From the IMG/VR virus record IMGVR_UViG_3300025035_000093, positions 1-25,862 of that record: a stretch of DNA of 25,862 nt; one strand, 5' to 3'. Both the position numbers and the translations under genes were made by a program. Every line of letters starts with the position of its first letter. The stretch's first letter is position 1. Of this stretch, positions 24,568 to 25,862 are shown piece after piece. The notes below the pieces were generated by a model. The model did no database searches, had not been told where the DNA came from, and was given only the letters and a program-made list of their open reading frames with translations. The stretch is from a virus. Taxonomy: Duplodnaviria; Caudoviricetes.

Positions 24568-25388
24568 GCCGCGCTTTCCTGATTTCGCCAGTAGGCCAGC
24601 GCTTGCTGTCGGCGCTCCTCAGGATCAAGCTCAAGCCGGATGCACTCGGCCACCGTGGGCGGAAGACCCGCAAAGGGATCCGACTGGTCGCGCGCCCCGC
24701 GCTTTGTCGGTTGATGCGCCGTCCATCGCTCCTGGTTCAGCCATGTCACAGCCATCGCCGTGAACTTGGAATCCTCGCCCTTGCGTGTCAAAGCGTATTG
24801 CTCCGTCGCTGCCATGAGATCGTCAAACGTCACCGACTTCGAGCGCAGCGCCGTCTTGAATTTCGCCAACGCGGGCTTCTTTGGGTTTCCCGGTTTGGCC
24901 GGATATGCCTTCCACCATTTCTCGAACTGTTCTTCGATGTGATCCTGTTTTTTTTCTTCGAATAAATCACTCTTGAGAGAGTCTGGTGTTTCTACTGATG
25001 GATATACTGATGGTTTGGGTGACATGGGTGTCACATCAGAATGACCGGAAATGTCACATCGCTCTGTCGCAAATGTCACATCGGGCGCGGTGTCAGGAGG
25101 TGACATTATGTCACTTCGCCAGCTTTCCGCCGGAGTGAAGACGTAGAGATTTGTCCCCAATTTGGAGCCATTCCGGGAAACCTCCAGCATCCCGATGGAA
25201 CTCATTTCTCCGATGCAGCGAATGACCTGCCGCGGGCTCAATCTGGTGCGCCTTGCCACGCCCTCAATACCGGGCCAGCACTCTCGCGTGTCGCTGTCGG
25301 CCTTGTCGGCCAGCGCAAGCGCGACCAGCAGCGTGCCCCCCTTGATGGTTGATTGATCCCACAATTCGACCATGATCTTGATGCTCAC
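24564..25388 (-). CDS. Phage replication initiator (winged-HTH N-terminus), 274 aa
   Basis: GTG 25388 overlaps the DnaB stop; LLVALALADKAD...CWPGIEGVARRT HTH; FEKWWKAYP...TWLNQERW C-terminal domain; internal iterons. Confidence 0.85.
   Translation of the reverse strand: MSIKIMVELWDQSTIKGGTLLVALALADKADSDTRECWPGIEGVARRTRLSPRQVIRCIGEMSSIGMLEVSRNGSKLGTNLYVFTPAESWRSDIMSPPDTAPDVTFATERCDISGHSDVTPMSPKPSVYPSVETPDSLKSDLFEEKKQDHIEEQFEKWWKAYPAKPGNPKKPALAKFKTALRSKSVTFDDLMAATEQYALTRKGEDSKFTAMAVTWLNQERWTAHQPTKRGARDQSDPFAGLPPTVAECIRLELDPEERRQQALAYWRNQESAA
24945..25116. other. Putative lambda-like replication origin: TGTCAC iterons plus AT-rich tract
   Basis: AAATGTCACATCG at 25049 and 25071; GTGACA...TGTCAC palindromes at ~25019-25034 and ~25100-25114; T-run and TACTGATGG x2 at 24945-25015. 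Confidence 0.75.
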
Positions 25389-25862
25389 AAGAACTCTCCT
25401 TCGAACGATGTCTGGGTTTCGGGCTTGGCGCCGACCACGTTGCTGGCGATGTCGCAATACACCGACACCGAGCCAGTCGCGCCGCCCCGATTCTTCGCGC
25501 AGATCAGCGTCATCCGGTTGCGCTGCACAGCTATCGCGGCTTCCAGATCGGCCATCTCCGACACGGACTTGCCCGCCGCCTTGTGGGCGTCGATCCGCTT
25601 CTGCGTGTAGTATTCCGGCCGGTAGCAGAACAGCACCAGGTCAGCGTCCTGTTCGATCGAGCCAGAATCGCGAAGATCCGACATGCGCGGCAAAGGAGGA
25701 TCTCGCTCCTCCACCATGCGGTTGAGTTGCGAAAGAACCAGCACCGGCACCCCGTAGTGCATCGCCATCGCCTTCATTGCCTGACTGGACGCCGTGACCT
25801 TGCCGTTGGTATCGCCCTGCCGATAGCGCCCGGTGGGCTCGATCAGTTGCAGATAATCCACC
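25385..25862 (-). CDS. dnaB: DnaB-like replicative helicase, C-terminal part (5' end outside window)
   Basis: DYLQLI, VPVLVLSQLNR, PRMSDLRDSGSIEQDADLVLF, AKNRGG. Confidence 0.93.
   Translation of the reverse strand, partial: VDYLQLIEPTGRYRQGDTNGKVTASSQAMKAMAMHYGVPVLVLSQLNRMVEERDPPLPRMSDLRDSGSIEQDADLVLFCYRPEYYTQKRIDAHKAAGKSVSEMADLEAAIAVQRNRMTLICAKNRGGATGSVSVYCDIASNVVGAKPETQTSFEGEFL

Noticed and set aside
1-25862. tRNA, rRNA, IS elements, introns/inteins, lysis cassette
   Set aside because: None recognised by eye; genes are tightly packed with expected sizes

Overview
The whole window is phage DNA (high GC, probably an alphaproteobacterial host; prophage or free genome cannot be told apart, as no integrase, att site or host gene is visible). 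Reading the minus strand from right to left: a lambdoid-type replication module (DnaB helicase C-terminus; HTH initiator with internal iterons), small ORFs, a C5-cytosine methyltransferase locus with two fully overlapping ~490-aa reading frames, and an HTH regulator. Next comes a plus-strand island of small early genes including ArdA antirestriction protein. The rest is a podovirus-type morphogenesis operon: TerS, a candidate pac region, TerL, portal, scaffold, major capsid, cement, adaptor, nozzle, four ejection proteins (one with M15-like peptidase and GH24-like lysozyme domains) and the start of a tail fibre. Highlights: (1) a split, dual-frame MTase whose second frame carries six tandem WxTP TRD-like modules, motif IX and a C-terminal clamp-binding-like motif; (2) a four-copy CGTGCATGG late-promoter motif; (3) a sharp strand-skew inversion with G-tracts between terS and terL; (4) a repeat- and hairpin-punctuated anti-defence island positioned like the T7 first-entry region. 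All calls rest on motif recognition and synteny read by eye; no searches were run.
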